DNA of 64,000 nucleotides from an uncultured bacterium (GCA_963978095.1 CAXBQP010000003.1:32001-96000), one strand, 5' to 3'. Shown: positions 10,367-19,875, counted from the first letter of the stretch. The notes: a model not told the origin generated them from the sequence alone. Program-made: numbers and translations.

Positions 10367-11251
10367 ATGGTGCGTGACGCTGGTGCGGTTCGAGTGCTCC
10401 TGGTGGTGGCAGTTATGGTCGCGGCATGCCGGCCACCGATTCCACAGCAGGTGATCGTTCCTGAAGCACCACCTCCAGCTCCCGTTGTCGTTGCCTCTGT
10501 CACCGCCGGGCCCTGGAGTTGGACGCCGGTCCGAGAACGGCGATCCTATCTGGTCACGCAGAGCGCGCTCATCACGACGCGGCAAGACACCCTCACCCAG
10601 ATCGACAGCGTCAGCAGCGAGTTGAGCGCTGCATTCACCTCGTTCGTCACGGCGAATCGCATCAGTGGCGCCGTCACGGCGTTCCGTGTCGCGACCGGTG
10701 CACGGAACCCGTCGACGCCCGCCGGCCTCTCATTCCCGATTGCGATCGCCGCGACCGGGACACCGTCGGGATTCGGGAGTGATCTGCAGTGGAGCATGAC
10801 GACCCCGGTCGAAGGAGCGCCCTGCAGCACGACCGCGTGGACCGTGGTACAGGGGGTGCGCGATCTCTGGTTCCGCGCTCCGGAAACATTGCGCCTCGGG
10901 ACCACCTGGCGAGACAGCACCAGTTACACGAGCTGTCGTGATGGCATCCCGTTGAAACTGCACATGGAACGCACCTTCCGCGTCAGTGGCGTGATCGAAC
11001 GTGAGGGGCGGGCCGTACTCACCGTGTTGCGAGAGACCCTGACGACACTGTCGGGCGAGGGGACGCAGTTCGGTGAACGCGTGCAGTTCACCGGGACTGG
11101 CATGGGATCGCTCCAATTCGAACTCGAGCCGGCAAGCGGTGAACTGCTGACCGGCAGCGGAACGAGCGCGTTGGCGCTGACCATGCAAAGCCGCCTGCGC
11201 ACACAGCGTGTGCAGCAGGCGGCGGTGACAACGATTGCGCGGGAACGTTGA
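10367..11251 (+). CDS. Hypothetical lipoprotein
   Basis: Long ORF, hydrophobic N-terminus with lipobox VAAC, Thr/beta-rich body. Confidence 0.75.
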   Translation: MVRDAGAVRVLLVVAVMVAACRPPIPQQVIVPEAPPPAPVVVASVTAGPWSWTPVRERRSYLVTQSALITTRQDTLTQIDSVSSELSAAFTSFVTANRISGAVTAFRVATGARNPSTPAGLSFPIAIAATGTPSGFGSDLQWSMTTPVEGAPCSTTAWTVVQGVRDLWFRAPETLRLGTTWRDSTSYTSCRDGIPLKLHMERTFRVSGVIEREGRAVLTVLRETLTTLSGEGTQFGERVQFTGTGMGSLQFELEPASGELLTGSGTSALALTMQSRLRTQRVQQAAVTTIARER

Positions 11252-11271
11252 ATCCGGCGCGGCGCAGCCCG

Positions 11272-12390
11272 TCAGTCGACCAAACGCAGCGGCATGAGCA
11301 GGCAGAGATACTTCGCGGGATCCGTCCAGCCTTCGGGTTCGATGGTCGCTGCGCGATCCGGAGCCTTGAAGGTCAGGCGGATCTCGTCGGTGGGCATGTA
11401 GCGCAGGATATCGAGCAGGTACGTCCCGTTGAATCCGATGTCGAGCGGATCGCCGTTGTAGCGCACCGGCAGTTCGTCCTGCGCATCGCCCAGATCCGGC
11501 GTGCTCACCGAGAATTTGAGCATGCCCGAGTTGAAGGACAGGCGAATCCGGTGCGTCTGGTCGGAGGCGACGATCAACATGCGCTTGAGCGCGCTGGCGA
11601 ACGCGGCCTTGTCGATGGTGGCGACCTTGTCGTTGTCCTTCGGAATCACCTGATCGTACGGCGGATACGGTCCTTCGATCAGGCGCGTGAAGACCGAGGT
11701 GAACGGGGAACGGAAGCCCAGATGGTTGTCCCCCTGCGCAACCTCCAGCTCCTCTTCTGCGGGGAAGAGGCGATGAATCTGGTCCAAGGCCTTCGGGGGG
11801 ATGATCAGGTCGCCCTGCGCGGCTTTGGCGGCCTTGGCTCCCACCGGAACGTCCATCTTGGCGAGCCGATGGCCATTAGTGGCAACCATCCGCATATGCT
11901 CGGCGCGAACTTCCCAAAGGACACCGTTGAGAATCGGACGGCTCTCCTCGGTGCTGACGGCGAACGAGGTATGCGAGATCAGGCGCTGCAGATCCCCCGA
12001 AGGAATGCGGAGCGCCTTCTCAAAGGCAACAGCGGGGAAGCTCGGAAACTCGCTCTTGGGCAATCCCAGAAGTTTGAACTTGGAACGTCCACAGTCGAGC
12101 GTGATGCGCTGATCGCCCGTTGCGGAGATCTTCACCGATGCTGGCGGAAGCTCGCGGGCGATTTCCGCCAACTTGCGTGCCGGGATTGTGATGGCGCCCG
12201 GGGATTCGACGTCCGCGGTGACTTCCGTGCTGACCGCGATATCCAAATCGGTGCCCGAGATACGGATGCCCTTCTCGGTGGTCTGCACGAGGAGATTTGC
12301 GAGGACCGGCAACGTCGTCTTGGACGGAACTGCCGGCGTGACCGCAGCGAGCCCTTCCTGCAACTTCTCACGCGAGATGGTAAATCGCAT
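11272..12390 (-). CDS. dnaN: DNA polymerase III beta sliding clamp
   Basis: GTDLD, SRPILNGV, ATNGHRL, LIEGPYP, LLMPLR; lies downstream of dnaA. Confidence 0.98.
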   Translation of the reverse strand: MRFTISREKLQEGLAAVTPAVPSKTTLPVLANLLVQTTEKGIRISGTDLDIAVSTEVTADVESPGAITIPARKLAEIARELPPASVKISATGDQRITLDCGRSKFKLLGLPKSEFPSFPAVAFEKALRIPSGDLQRLISHTSFAVSTEESRPILNGVLWEVRAEHMRMVATNGHRLAKMDVPVGAKAAKAAQGDLIIPPKALDQIHRLFPAEEELEVAQGDNHLGFRSPFTSVFTRLIEGPYPPYDQVIPKDNDKVATIDKAAFASALKRMLIVASDQTHRIRLSFNSGMLKFSVSTPDLGDAQDELPVRYNGDPLDIGFNGTYLLDILRYMPTDEIRLTFKAPDRAATIEPEGWTDPAKYLCLLMPLRLVD

Positions 12391-12435
12391 ACCCGACCTC
12401 TCTCCTGGATGAGGAGAATGTGGACCCCGCGCCCG

Positions 12436-12600
12436 GACTAGTAGCTACATGAATTAGATATCTAATTCGCAGTAGTAGTAGTAAGGCGTGGATAGTTGAA
12501 AAGCAAGAGAAGTCCTTATATCACTTGGACTTCTGGGATGTCACCTGATGTGGAAACGCTGTGCAGAACGTGGGGGAGCCTGTGGGTTGTTCCCGATCCC
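12436..12600. other. oriC: Replication origin oriC, unwinding region in the dnaA-dnaN intergenic space
   Basis: DnaA-box-like CGTGGATAG (12487-12495), then GG, then DnaA-trio run CAG-TAG-TAG-TAG-TAA (12470-12484), then an AT-rich 18-bp palindrome. More boxes at TGTGGAAAC 12549 and TGTGCAGAA 12560. Confidence 0.88.
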
Positions 12601-12627
12601 CAACGCTGAATGGGGGCTGGATGTTGA

Positions 12628-14016
12628 TCATTGTTCATGACGCAGAGTTTCCCTCACTTTCTCCACACGACCCCGGAACTCTGCATCGTCCTTCATCATC
12701 TCCGCTACACGCTCCAAGCTATGGATGACTGTGGAGTGGTCGCGTCCGCCGAAGGCCTGTCCGATCTCGACCAGCTGCAGTCCGAGAATCTCTCGGGCCA
12801 GATACATGGCCACCTGGCGCGGGGTGGTGAGGACCTTGGTGCGAGTCTTGGATTGCAGTCCATCAACCGTGACCCCCCATTCTGCCGCCACCCGCTGCTG
12901 CACCGCGCGCATACGATCATGGCGGGAGGAGCGCGGCGGAGCAGCATCATTTGATTTCAGCTTGTCCCGAAGTGCTTCACGGGCCAGATCGACCGTGACC
13001 ACGCGATGCTTGAGCGAGGCGTAGGCGAGCAGCTTGATGATGGAGCCTTCGAGCTCGCGCACGTTCGCGAGGACGTGATCGGCGATGAAGTGGAGGACGT
13101 CGTCGGGGATCGTGTGTTCAAGATGATCCGCCTGGGCTTTCTGGCGGAGGATCGCGATGCGGTGCTCGAGATCGGGCGGCGCGATGTCGGCGACCATTCC
13201 CCATTCGAATCGGCTGACGAGTCGCGCTTCGAGTTTTGGAATTTCAGATGGCGGGCGATCACTGGTGAGGACGATCTGCCGCCCGGCTTCATAGATGGCG
13301 TTGAACGTATGGAAGAACTCCTCCTGGGTCGCTTCCTTGCCACCGAGGAAGTGGACGTCGTCGACCAAGAGGAGATCCGTCTCGCGATAGCGGCGGCGGA
13401 AATCATGCATGGTGCGCTTCGTGATCGAGGTGACCACGTCGTTCGTGAACTGCTCGGTGGAGATGTACATCACTCGGCAGTTCGGATCGCGGGCGAGGAT
13501 ATCGTGCGCGATCGCCTGCATGAGGTGCGTTTTGCCGAGTCCTGTGGCGCCGTAGATGAAGAGCGGATTGTAGGTTTTGCCCGGAGCGGCCGCGACGGCA
13601 GAGGCGGCCGCTGCTGCGAGTTCATTGGATCGTCCGATGACGTACGAATCGAAGAGATAGCGCTCGTTCAAAGTGCTGAGAACAACGCTATTATCGCGCT
13701 GTTGTGGCGCTATGATGGCGCTTTTTTGAGGCACAAAGAGGTCCATTTGCGACCTTTTGAGCCGTTCTGCTTGGACCTTGAAAATCACCTTGATCGGGTG
13801 CCCGATGCAGGTCGGGGCGAACCCTTCGAGGAGTGCCAGGTGTTTGCTCTCGTTCCACTCGACTGACCACTGGTCCGGGGCGGTCAGGGTCAGCGCGGTG
13901 CCGTCGAAGGTATCGGGGGCCAGCGGGGTGAGCCACGTCTCGATGACATGCTCCGGGAGCTCGATCTTTGCGCGATCGAGGAGCCGAGTCCAGGCGTCGG
14001 TGGCGGAGAGTGTCAC
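12628..14016 (-). CDS. dnaA: Chromosomal replication initiator DnaA
   Basis: YNPLFIYGATGLGKTHL, LLLVDD, TQEEFFHTFN, NVRELEG, GGRDHSTV. Confidence 0.99.
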   Translation of the reverse strand: MTLSATDAWTRLLDRAKIELPEHVIETWLTPLAPDTFDGTALTLTAPDQWSVEWNESKHLALLEGFAPTCIGHPIKVIFKVQAERLKRSQMDLFVPQKSAIIAPQQRDNSVVLSTLNERYLFDSYVIGRSNELAAAAASAVAAAPGKTYNPLFIYGATGLGKTHLMQAIAHDILARDPNCRVMYISTEQFTNDVVTSITKRTMHDFRRRYRETDLLLVDDVHFLGGKEATQEEFFHTFNAIYEAGRQIVLTSDRPPSEIPKLEARLVSRFEWGMVADIAPPDLEHRIAILRQKAQADHLEHTIPDDVLHFIADHVLANVRELEGSIIKLLAYASLKHRVVTVDLAREALRDKLKSNDAAPPRSSRHDRMRAVQQRVAAEWGVTVDGLQSKTRTKVLTTPRQVAMYLAREILGLQLVEIGQAFGGRDHSTVIHSLERVAEMMKDDAEFRGRVEKVRETLRHEQ

Positions 14017-14081
14017 GGGGTGTGTTGCCGGTGGCGAAGTGCGACGTGCTTGATGCAGAGGGGCAAAGAGTAGGGTTCGTA

Positions 14082-14090
14082 TGTGGATAA
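14082..14090. promoter_or_regulatory. Perfect DnaA box in the dnaA-rpmH intergenic region
   Basis: TGTGGATAA is an exact consensus match; likely dnaA autoregulation or a second part of a bipartite origin. Confidence 0.85.
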
Positions 14091-14237
14091 GTCAACATCG
14101 TGCTTGCAAACAAGTGAGAGGAGTTTGGGGGGTGGACTTGATGTATGTGTTTCCCACGACTAGGTTTAGCGGTCTTGGGTTCATACGACTTGAACCACAT
14201 TGTGATTCGCAGTTGAACAGCGCTTTTTGGAGCAGCT

Positions 14238-14402
14238 ATGGGGAAGCCAACTTACCGTCCGCGCAACAAGCGTCGCATCAAGACGCACGGATTCCGTACG
14301 CGGATGGCAGATAAGTGGGGACGTGAGGTGCTGAGCCGCCGTCGCAAGAAGGGGCGCAAGCGGCTGACCGTCAAACTGCCGTCGAAGTACGCCGGCGCCT
14401 GA
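14238..14402 (+). CDS. rpmH: 50S ribosomal protein L34
   Basis: Translated by hand: [60 protein letters not shown] upstream. Confidence 0.97.
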   Translation: MGKPTYRPRNKRRIKTHGFRTRMADKWGREVLSRRRKKGRKRLTVKLPSKYAGA

Positions 14403-14403
14403 T

Positions 14404-14781
14404 CGTTTCCGTTTCCCGCCGGCGTCGCGACTGACGCGGGAGGGGGAGCTCGAAGCCGTTCGTCAGAAAGGGAAGCGAGTCCGAGCCACGCACCTCGAGG
14501 TTCGGCACATCGCTTCCCTTCTGCGTCGGGTCCGGGTGGGTGTGATCGTGCCAAAGTACGGTCACAACTCGGTGGAACGGAATCTCGTGAAGCGGCGTCT
14601 TCGTACCGTGGTCCGATGCGAGCTGTTGCCGAAGCTTGAGGTCGGCGGGGCTGGGGGCGATGTCGTGGTGCGGGCACTGCCGTCCGCATACGGCGCGTCG
14701 TTCGCGGCGCTCCAACTGGAGATCGGCACGCTGGTGGCCAGACTCACTGCGGCGTCGTCCGCCACGCGTCCCACGCCGTGA
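14404..14781 (+). CDS. rnpA: RNase P protein component (start codon unresolved)
   Basis: Frame reads [10 protein letters not shown]...GKR...[24 protein letters not shown] (RNR motif). No ATG/GTG/TTG in frame between the stop at 14365 and GTG 14536. Confidence 0.88.
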   Translation, partial: RFRFPPASRLTREGELEAVRQKGKRVRATHLEVRHIASLLRRVRVGVIVPKYGHNSVERNLVKRRLRTVVRCELLPKLEVGGAGGDVVVRALPSAYGASFAALQLEIGTLVARLTAASSATRPTP

Positions 14782-14990
14782 TGCAGCGGTTCTTCATTCG
14801 GTGCGTTCGGGGGTACCAGCTGGTGATCTCGCCGCATCTCGCGGCATCGTGCCGTTATTATCCAACGTGTTCCCACTACGCGATCGAGGCACTGCAGAAG
14901 TACGGTGCCTGGCGTGGCGGGTGGATGGCCGCGGGGCGCATCGCCCGCTGTCACCCCTTCCGTCCCGGGGGTTATGACCCGGTTCCCTAA
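14778..14990 (+). CDS. yidD: Membrane protein insertion efficiency factor
   Basis: [32 protein letters not shown]. Confidence 0.96.
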   Translation: MMQRFFIRCVRGYQLVISPHLAASCRYYPTCSHYAIEALQKYGAWRGGWMAAGRIARCHPFRPGGYDPVP

Positions 14991-15008
14991 CCTGCGCAGA
15001 CTTCGCTG

Positions 15009-16700
15009 ATGGAACGGCGTTTCTTTCTGGCTCTCGTGCTGACTGGCGTGGTGGTTGTGCTCACGCCGCGGCTTTTTCCTGCCCCGCCCAGGGCCGTCAC
15101 GGTGTCGGCGGATTCCGTGGGGGGCGCCTTGGCGCCGGCGATTCCGTCTGCTGCGAGCGCGGCGGTGGTCACGCCTGCCCCAGCGGGGGCCACCACGATG
15201 GGTGCGGCCGTCGGAACGGTACCGGCGGTCAGTGCCGCGTCCCAAGCGGTGCCCGCCGAAACCCTGACGGTCGAGACGCCGTTGGCGCGTACGGCCTATG
15301 GATCGCTCGGTGCGGCGCCGCTCTACGTGCAGGTCGACAGTTATCCCGCACTGAACGCGGCCACGGGTGGCGTGCGGATCAAACATGGCACGCAAGGACT
15401 GATCCGGTATCGGGTGATTTCGGCGACCGATACCATCCGGCTCGATGCGCTGAACTTCAGCGCGCAGCGCGGTACGGCGGCCAATGGCGACCCCACGGCG
15501 ACCTTCACCGGGACCGCGCCAAGCTCACGCGGGCCGGTGACCGCGACCATCACGTACACGATGTCGCGCGACAGTTATGTGAGCACGACGGCGGTCCGTC
15601 TGACGGGAGTGCCGGAATCGGCGTACCTGCTGGTGGACCTCCCGCGTGGTTTCGACAGCCAGGAAGCGGATTCGACCGGCGACCTGCGTGCCCTCGCCTA
15701 TGCGGTGAAGCCGATCAACAAGAGTGCCAAAGGGACCTTGTTCGCCAAGCTGGACGAAGGCGAGACGAAACTTGAGCCGGGGCCCCTGACGTGGGCCGTG
15801 GCGAAGAACAAGTATTTCCTCGTCGGCCTGCTCACCCCCGAGAAGGGGGGCGTGCCGTTCGCCGAGGTGAACATGGTCGGCGGGGCGCGCGTGAGGAAGG
15901 AGGCGCGACTCGCGCAGGCCACCGTCGTGATGCCGCTCAAGGGCGGTGCGGCGACCTTCGAACTGTTCGCCGGTCCGCAGTCGTGGGAACGGCTCCGCAA
16001 GATGGGACGCGAGTTCGAGACGGCCAATCCGTACGGCGGCTTCATGCAGCCGGTGGTGCAGCCGTTCTCGACGATCGTGATGCGGATCCTGCTCTGGATG
16101 AAGAAGGTGATCGGACTGAACTACGGCTGGGTGCTCGTCATCTTCGGCGTTTCGATCCGCATCATCCTCTGGCCGCTCAACGCCAGCGCCATGCGGGCCA
16201 GCTTGCGCATGCAGCGGTTGCAGCCGGAGCTCACGGCGGTGCAGGCCAAGTACAAGAGCGATCCGCAGAAGCAGCAGGCGGAGATCATGCGGATCTACAA
16301 GGATCATGGCATGAGCCCGCTCTCTCCGCTCTCGGGGTGCTTGCCGGCGCTGATCCCGATGCCGGTGCTCATGGCGCTCTTCTTCGTGTTCCAGAACACG
16401 ATCGAGTTCCGCGGCGTGCCGTTCCTGTGGTTGCATGACATCTCGCTGCACGATCCGCTGTACATCCTTCCGCTCATGATGGGGATCTCGATGTACGTGT
16501 TGAGCTGGATCGGATTGCGCAACATGCCGGACAACCCGCAGGCGAAGATGATGAGCTGGATGATGCCGCTCATGTTCACCTTCTTCCTCCTGCAGTCCGC
16601 GGCGGGACTCTCCCTGTATTACACCGTCCAGCAGATCGCGGCGCTCCCGCAGCAGTGGTTGATCGCGAACGAGCGGGCCAAGGCCAAGGCCACGGGCTGA
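15009..16700 (+). CDS. yidC: Membrane protein insertase
   Basis: N-terminal TM, periplasmic domain, IRIILWPL, GCLP, FLWLHDIS..DP, AGLSLY. Confidence 0.97.
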   Translation: MERRFFLALVLTGVVVVLTPRLFPAPPRAVTVSADSVGGALAPAIPSAASAAVVTPAPAGATTMGAAVGTVPAVSAASQAVPAETLTVETPLARTAYGSLGAAPLYVQVDSYPALNAATGGVRIKHGTQGLIRYRVISATDTIRLDALNFSAQRGTAANGDPTATFTGTAPSSRGPVTATITYTMSRDSYVSTTAVRLTGVPESAYLLVDLPRGFDSQEADSTGDLRALAYAVKPINKSAKGTLFAKLDEGETKLEPGPLTWAVAKNKYFLVGLLTPEKGGVPFAEVNMVGGARVRKEARLAQATVVMPLKGGAATFELFAGPQSWERLRKMGREFETANPYGGFMQPVVQPFSTIVMRILLWMKKVIGLNYGWVLVIFGVSIRIILWPLNASAMRASLRMQRLQPELTAVQAKYKSDPQKQQAEIMRIYKDHGMSPLSPLSGCLPALIPMPVLMALFFVFQNTIEFRGVPFLWLHDISLHDPLYILPLMMGISMYVLSWIGLRNMPDNPQAKMMSWMMPLMFTFFLLQSAAGLSLYYTVQQIAALPQQWLIANERAKAKATG

Positions 16701-18094
16701 CGCACACCACGCTGCGGGGCGACACGATCGTGGCCATTGCCACGGCCCCCGGCCGTTCGGCAGTGGCCATTGTCCGTTTGAGTGGGCCGCAGGCGGAGGC
16801 GATGGCCGCGCGGGTTGGTGTGTCCCTGCGCCGCTGCGCGCCTCGTGTGGCCACCCGAACGACACTGCATGCCTGTGATGATCCGGCGACGCCACTCGAC
16901 GACGCACTGGTGACACGGTTCCCCGCGCCTCACTCGTACACCGGTGAGACCGTCATCGAATTCGCGACGCACGGCGGGAGCATGGTCCCGGCCGCGGTGT
17001 GCGGCGCGTTGTTGCATGCCGGGGCACGCTTGGCATTGCCCGGGGAGTTCACGGAGCGGGCGGTCCTTGCCGGGAAACTCGATCTGTTGCGCGCCGAAGC
17101 CGTCGCGGACCTGATCGATGCGCGTTCGACCGCCTCACATCGCACGGCCCTGACGCAGCTGGACGGCGCCCTGTCCCGCGCGCTCGACGCCTTGCGTGCG
17201 GCCGTCATCGAACTGGACGCCCTGCTGGCCTACGACATCGATTTTCCCGAGGAGGATGGCGGGCCCGTGCCACGCGCCCGAATCTCCGTCGCGTGCGACG
17301 CCATTGTGGAACGCCTGGAGGCCCTGTTGGCCACGGTACCGGCCGCCGTGCTGGGCCGCGATGGCGTGACGGTGGTGCTCGCCGGCGCGCCGAACGTCGG
17401 CAAGTCGTCCTTGCTCAATGCGCTGGTCGGGGAGCTTCGGGTGATCGTGAGTGAGATCCCCGGCACCACCCGCGACGCCGTGGAGGTGTTGCTCGATCAT
17501 GAGCCGTGGCCGCTCCGATTGGTGGATACGGCCGGACTCCGGGAGACCCAAGACCCCGTGGAGCGGCTCGGCATCGAGGTGAGTGCGCGGTATGTGGCGG
17601 CGGCGCACGTGGTGGTGGTGTGCGGAGAGACGCCGGAGGCGCTGCGCGCGGCGGCGGCGGCGCTGCGCGCCCACACGGCGGCCCCCTTCATCGGTGCGCT
17701 CACGAAGACTGATTTAGTATCAATAAGTTACGATATAACGCCCCTGGCGCCGGATTTCGCGCGCGTCGTGGCGGTGAGCGCGCGCACCGGCGATGGACGG
17801 AGCGCGCTGCTCGCCGCGATCACCGCGGTGATGCACGCGCAGTTGGACGGACGGACGGACGGAGATGGGACGCAGACGCCGCTGCTCACGCGGGCTCGGC
17901 ATCAGTCCGCGATCACGACCGCGCGCGACGAGCTGCGCGCGTTCCGCGCGGCGTGGAGTGCGGGTGCGCTTCCGGCGCCGGTCGCGGCGTCGCACGTACG
18001 CGCGGCGGCTCACGCACTCGAGGAGCTGGTGGGGGCTGTTGATATCGAGGATGTGCTGACGAAGGTCTTCGCCAGTTTCTGCGTCGGGAAGTAG
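16697..18094 (+). CDS. mnmE: tRNA modification GTPase
   Basis: DTIVAIAT, PHSYTGE, GAPNVGKSS, GTTRD, DTAG, C-terminal FCVGK. Start is either CTG 16697 overlapping the yidC stop or GTG 16655. Confidence 0.96.
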   Translation: MTHTTLRGDTIVAIATAPGRSAVAIVRLSGPQAEAMAARVGVSLRRCAPRVATRTTLHACDDPATPLDDALVTRFPAPHSYTGETVIEFATHGGSMVPAAVCGALLHAGARLALPGEFTERAVLAGKLDLLRAEAVADLIDARSTASHRTALTQLDGALSRALDALRAAVIELDALLAYDIDFPEEDGGPVPRARISVACDAIVERLEALLATVPAAVLGRDGVTVVLAGAPNVGKSSLLNALVGELRVIVSEIPGTTRDAVEVLLDHEPWPLRLVDTAGLRETQDPVERLGIEVSARYVAAAHVVVVCGETPEALRAAAAALRAHTAAPFIGALTKTDLVSISYDITPLAPDFARVVAVSARTGDGRSALLAAITAVMHAQLDGRTDGDGTQTPLLTRARHQSAITTARDELRAFRAAWSAGALPAPVAASHVRAAAHALEELVGAVDIEDVLTKVFASFCVGK

Positions 18095-18116
18095 CGGCTC
18101 GCCCCGCTGCGACCGA

Positions 18117-19055
18117 CTACGCCGTGCGCGCGGTCCCCTCGGCGAACGCCAACAACTCCGTCGCACTGGCCCGAAGCGCCCACGGGAGTCCTTTCTCGAG
18201 GATGGCGTTCTCGACCATGCGCGCGCCCAGGAAGTACCCGGCACGCTCGGGAATGACCAGTCGCTGCACCGTGCGGGCGTCGTCGCTCATGCCGCCGGAG
18301 AGCCAGCGGAGTCGCAGGCCGAGCCCGGCGCGCTCGAGATCGTCGGCAACGGCACGGGTCAGGACGGATTCCAGCTCGCGGATGCGCGCGTATTGTTTGC
18401 GGTGGAACCCGAAATACTCCCAAGGCGCGTGCCCCGGGCTGAACTGGCGGGCCGCCTGCACGGCCAGCCCTTCATTCACGAGATGCTCGCGGAGCGACAC
18501 CTGACGCCCGGTGTCCCAGTACGAGTATTCGCCACCCGCTTCCGCAATCGGTCGGCGCATCTCGCTGCGACTCTGGGAGGAGGTGTACCGTACCCCGTGG
18601 GCGATCTCGTGGGCAAGCCACATGGGGATGAGCTCCGGATCCAGGCCGAGTGCGTGGGTCGTCGGGTTGGCCACGGAGGTGAAGTGCTCGAGGCAGACGA
18701 AGGCGACGGCGCGTCCGTTGACCACCAGTTCGCCGGCATTCGCACCGCCGACGCCCACCATGATGAGCACGTCGATCGTGCTATCGACCTCCATCAACTC
18801 CGCGCACTGGGCTTCCGTGTCGCGCGCGATCGCATCGATGTCGGTACGCTCGAGCATCGCCAGCAGATCGCTACGGTCGGCGTTCACGGTGTCGCGCACC
18901 ACTTCGGCGAAGTGCGGTCCGCGGGGATCGACGACGTAGTTCTGCCAATAGGCTTCGAGCAGGGGACGATGATGCTCGAAGTACCGCTCGTACGCTGCTG
19001 CCCTATCCGTGCTCTGGAGGATCGCCAGAAATTCGGGCAGCAGGTTGATGATCAT
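18117..19055 (-). CDS. Putative Zn-dependent protease (DUF2268-like)
   Basis: LAHEIAHG (HExxH), downstream EGLA and GYFLG. Confidence 0.75.
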   Translation of the reverse strand: MIINLLPEFLAILQSTDRAAAYERYFEHHRPLLEAYWQNYVVDPRGPHFAEVVRDTVNADRSDLLAMLERTDIDAIARDTEAQCAELMEVDSTIDVLIMVGVGGANAGELVVNGRAVAFVCLEHFTSVANPTTHALGLDPELIPMWLAHEIAHGVRYTSSQSRSEMRRPIAEAGGEYSYWDTGRQVSLREHLVNEGLAVQAARQFSPGHAPWEYFGFHRKQYARIRELESVLTRAVADDLERAGLGLRLRWLSGGMSDDARTVQRLVIPERAGYFLGARMVENAILEKGLPWALRASATELLAFAEGTARTA

Positions 19056-19191
19056 CAGGCGTCGTCAGGGTACGAAGCGGTGGTCGGGTGCGCACACGCG
19101 CATACACAGGGGCATGCACATGGGCGCGCAAACCAAATGTACGACAACGGAATGACGCGTGTCAGCCTCTTGTGGCGCGCGCCGATTCGTG

Positions 19192-19848
19192 CTAGCGCGT
19201 GCCGAACAACCGGTCGCCGGCGTCGCCCAAGCCGGGGAGAATATAGCCGGACTCGTTCAACTCGCGATCGAGCGCTGCGCAGATGATCGGCACGTCGGGA
19301 TGCACCTCGTGTACACGGGCGACACCGGCAGGTGCTGCCACCAGGCAGAGGAACCGAATGCGTTGCGCCCCGGCGCGCTTGAGCGACGTGATCGCCGCCA
19401 CCGCGCTCCCCCCGGTGGCCAGCATCGGGTCGAGCACCAAAAAGTCGCGCTCCGCCGCGTCGGCCGGAATCTTGAAGTAGTAGTCCACCGGCTCCAGGGT
19501 CTCGTGATCGCGATACAAGCCGATATGCCCGACGCGGGCGGATGGCACCAGGCGCAGGATGCCATCAATCATGCCGAGTCCGGCGCGAAGGATCGGCACC
19601 AACGTCAACTTCTTCCCGGCGATCCGCTCTCCACGGGTCGCCTCGAGCGGCGTCTCGACCGGGGCCGGCTCGAGCGCCAGGTCGGCGGTGGCTTCGTACG
19701 CCATGAGCATGGCGATCTCGTCGACCAACTCCTTGAAAATCTTCGTCGGAGTGTTCTTGTCGCGGAGCAACGTCACCTTGTGGCGCACCAAGGGGTGTTG
19801 CACCACGGTGAGGAGGGGGGACCCGGGGCGAACAGGCGTTGTTGTCAT
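19192..19848 (-). CDS. upp: Uracil phosphoribosyltransferase
   Basis: [38 protein letters not shown]; true start ATG 19848. Confidence 0.97.
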   Translation of the reverse strand: MTTTPVRPGSPLLTVVQHPLVRHKVTLLRDKNTPTKIFKELVDEIAMLMAYEATADLALEPAPVETPLEATRGERIAGKKLTLVPILRAGLGMIDGILRLVPSARVGHIGLYRDHETLEPVDYYFKIPADAAERDFLVLDPMLATGGSAVAAITSLKRAGAQRIRFLCLVAAPAGVARVHEVHPDVPIICAALDRELNESGYILPGLGDAGDRLFGTR

Positions 19849-19875
19849 GCTGCGGATACTACTATTCTTCCCTTC

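Noticed and set aside
14230..14402. Thermus-style rnpA starting upstream of, and fully overlapping, rpmH
   Set aside because: An in-frame TGA at 14365-14367 blocks the rnpA frame inside rpmH.
17718..17730. mnmE AT patch read as just an IHF site (TATCAATAAGTTA)
   Set aside because: It fits IHF consensus, but the other four aligned patches do not, so IHF cannot explain the family. It remains an alternative for this one site.
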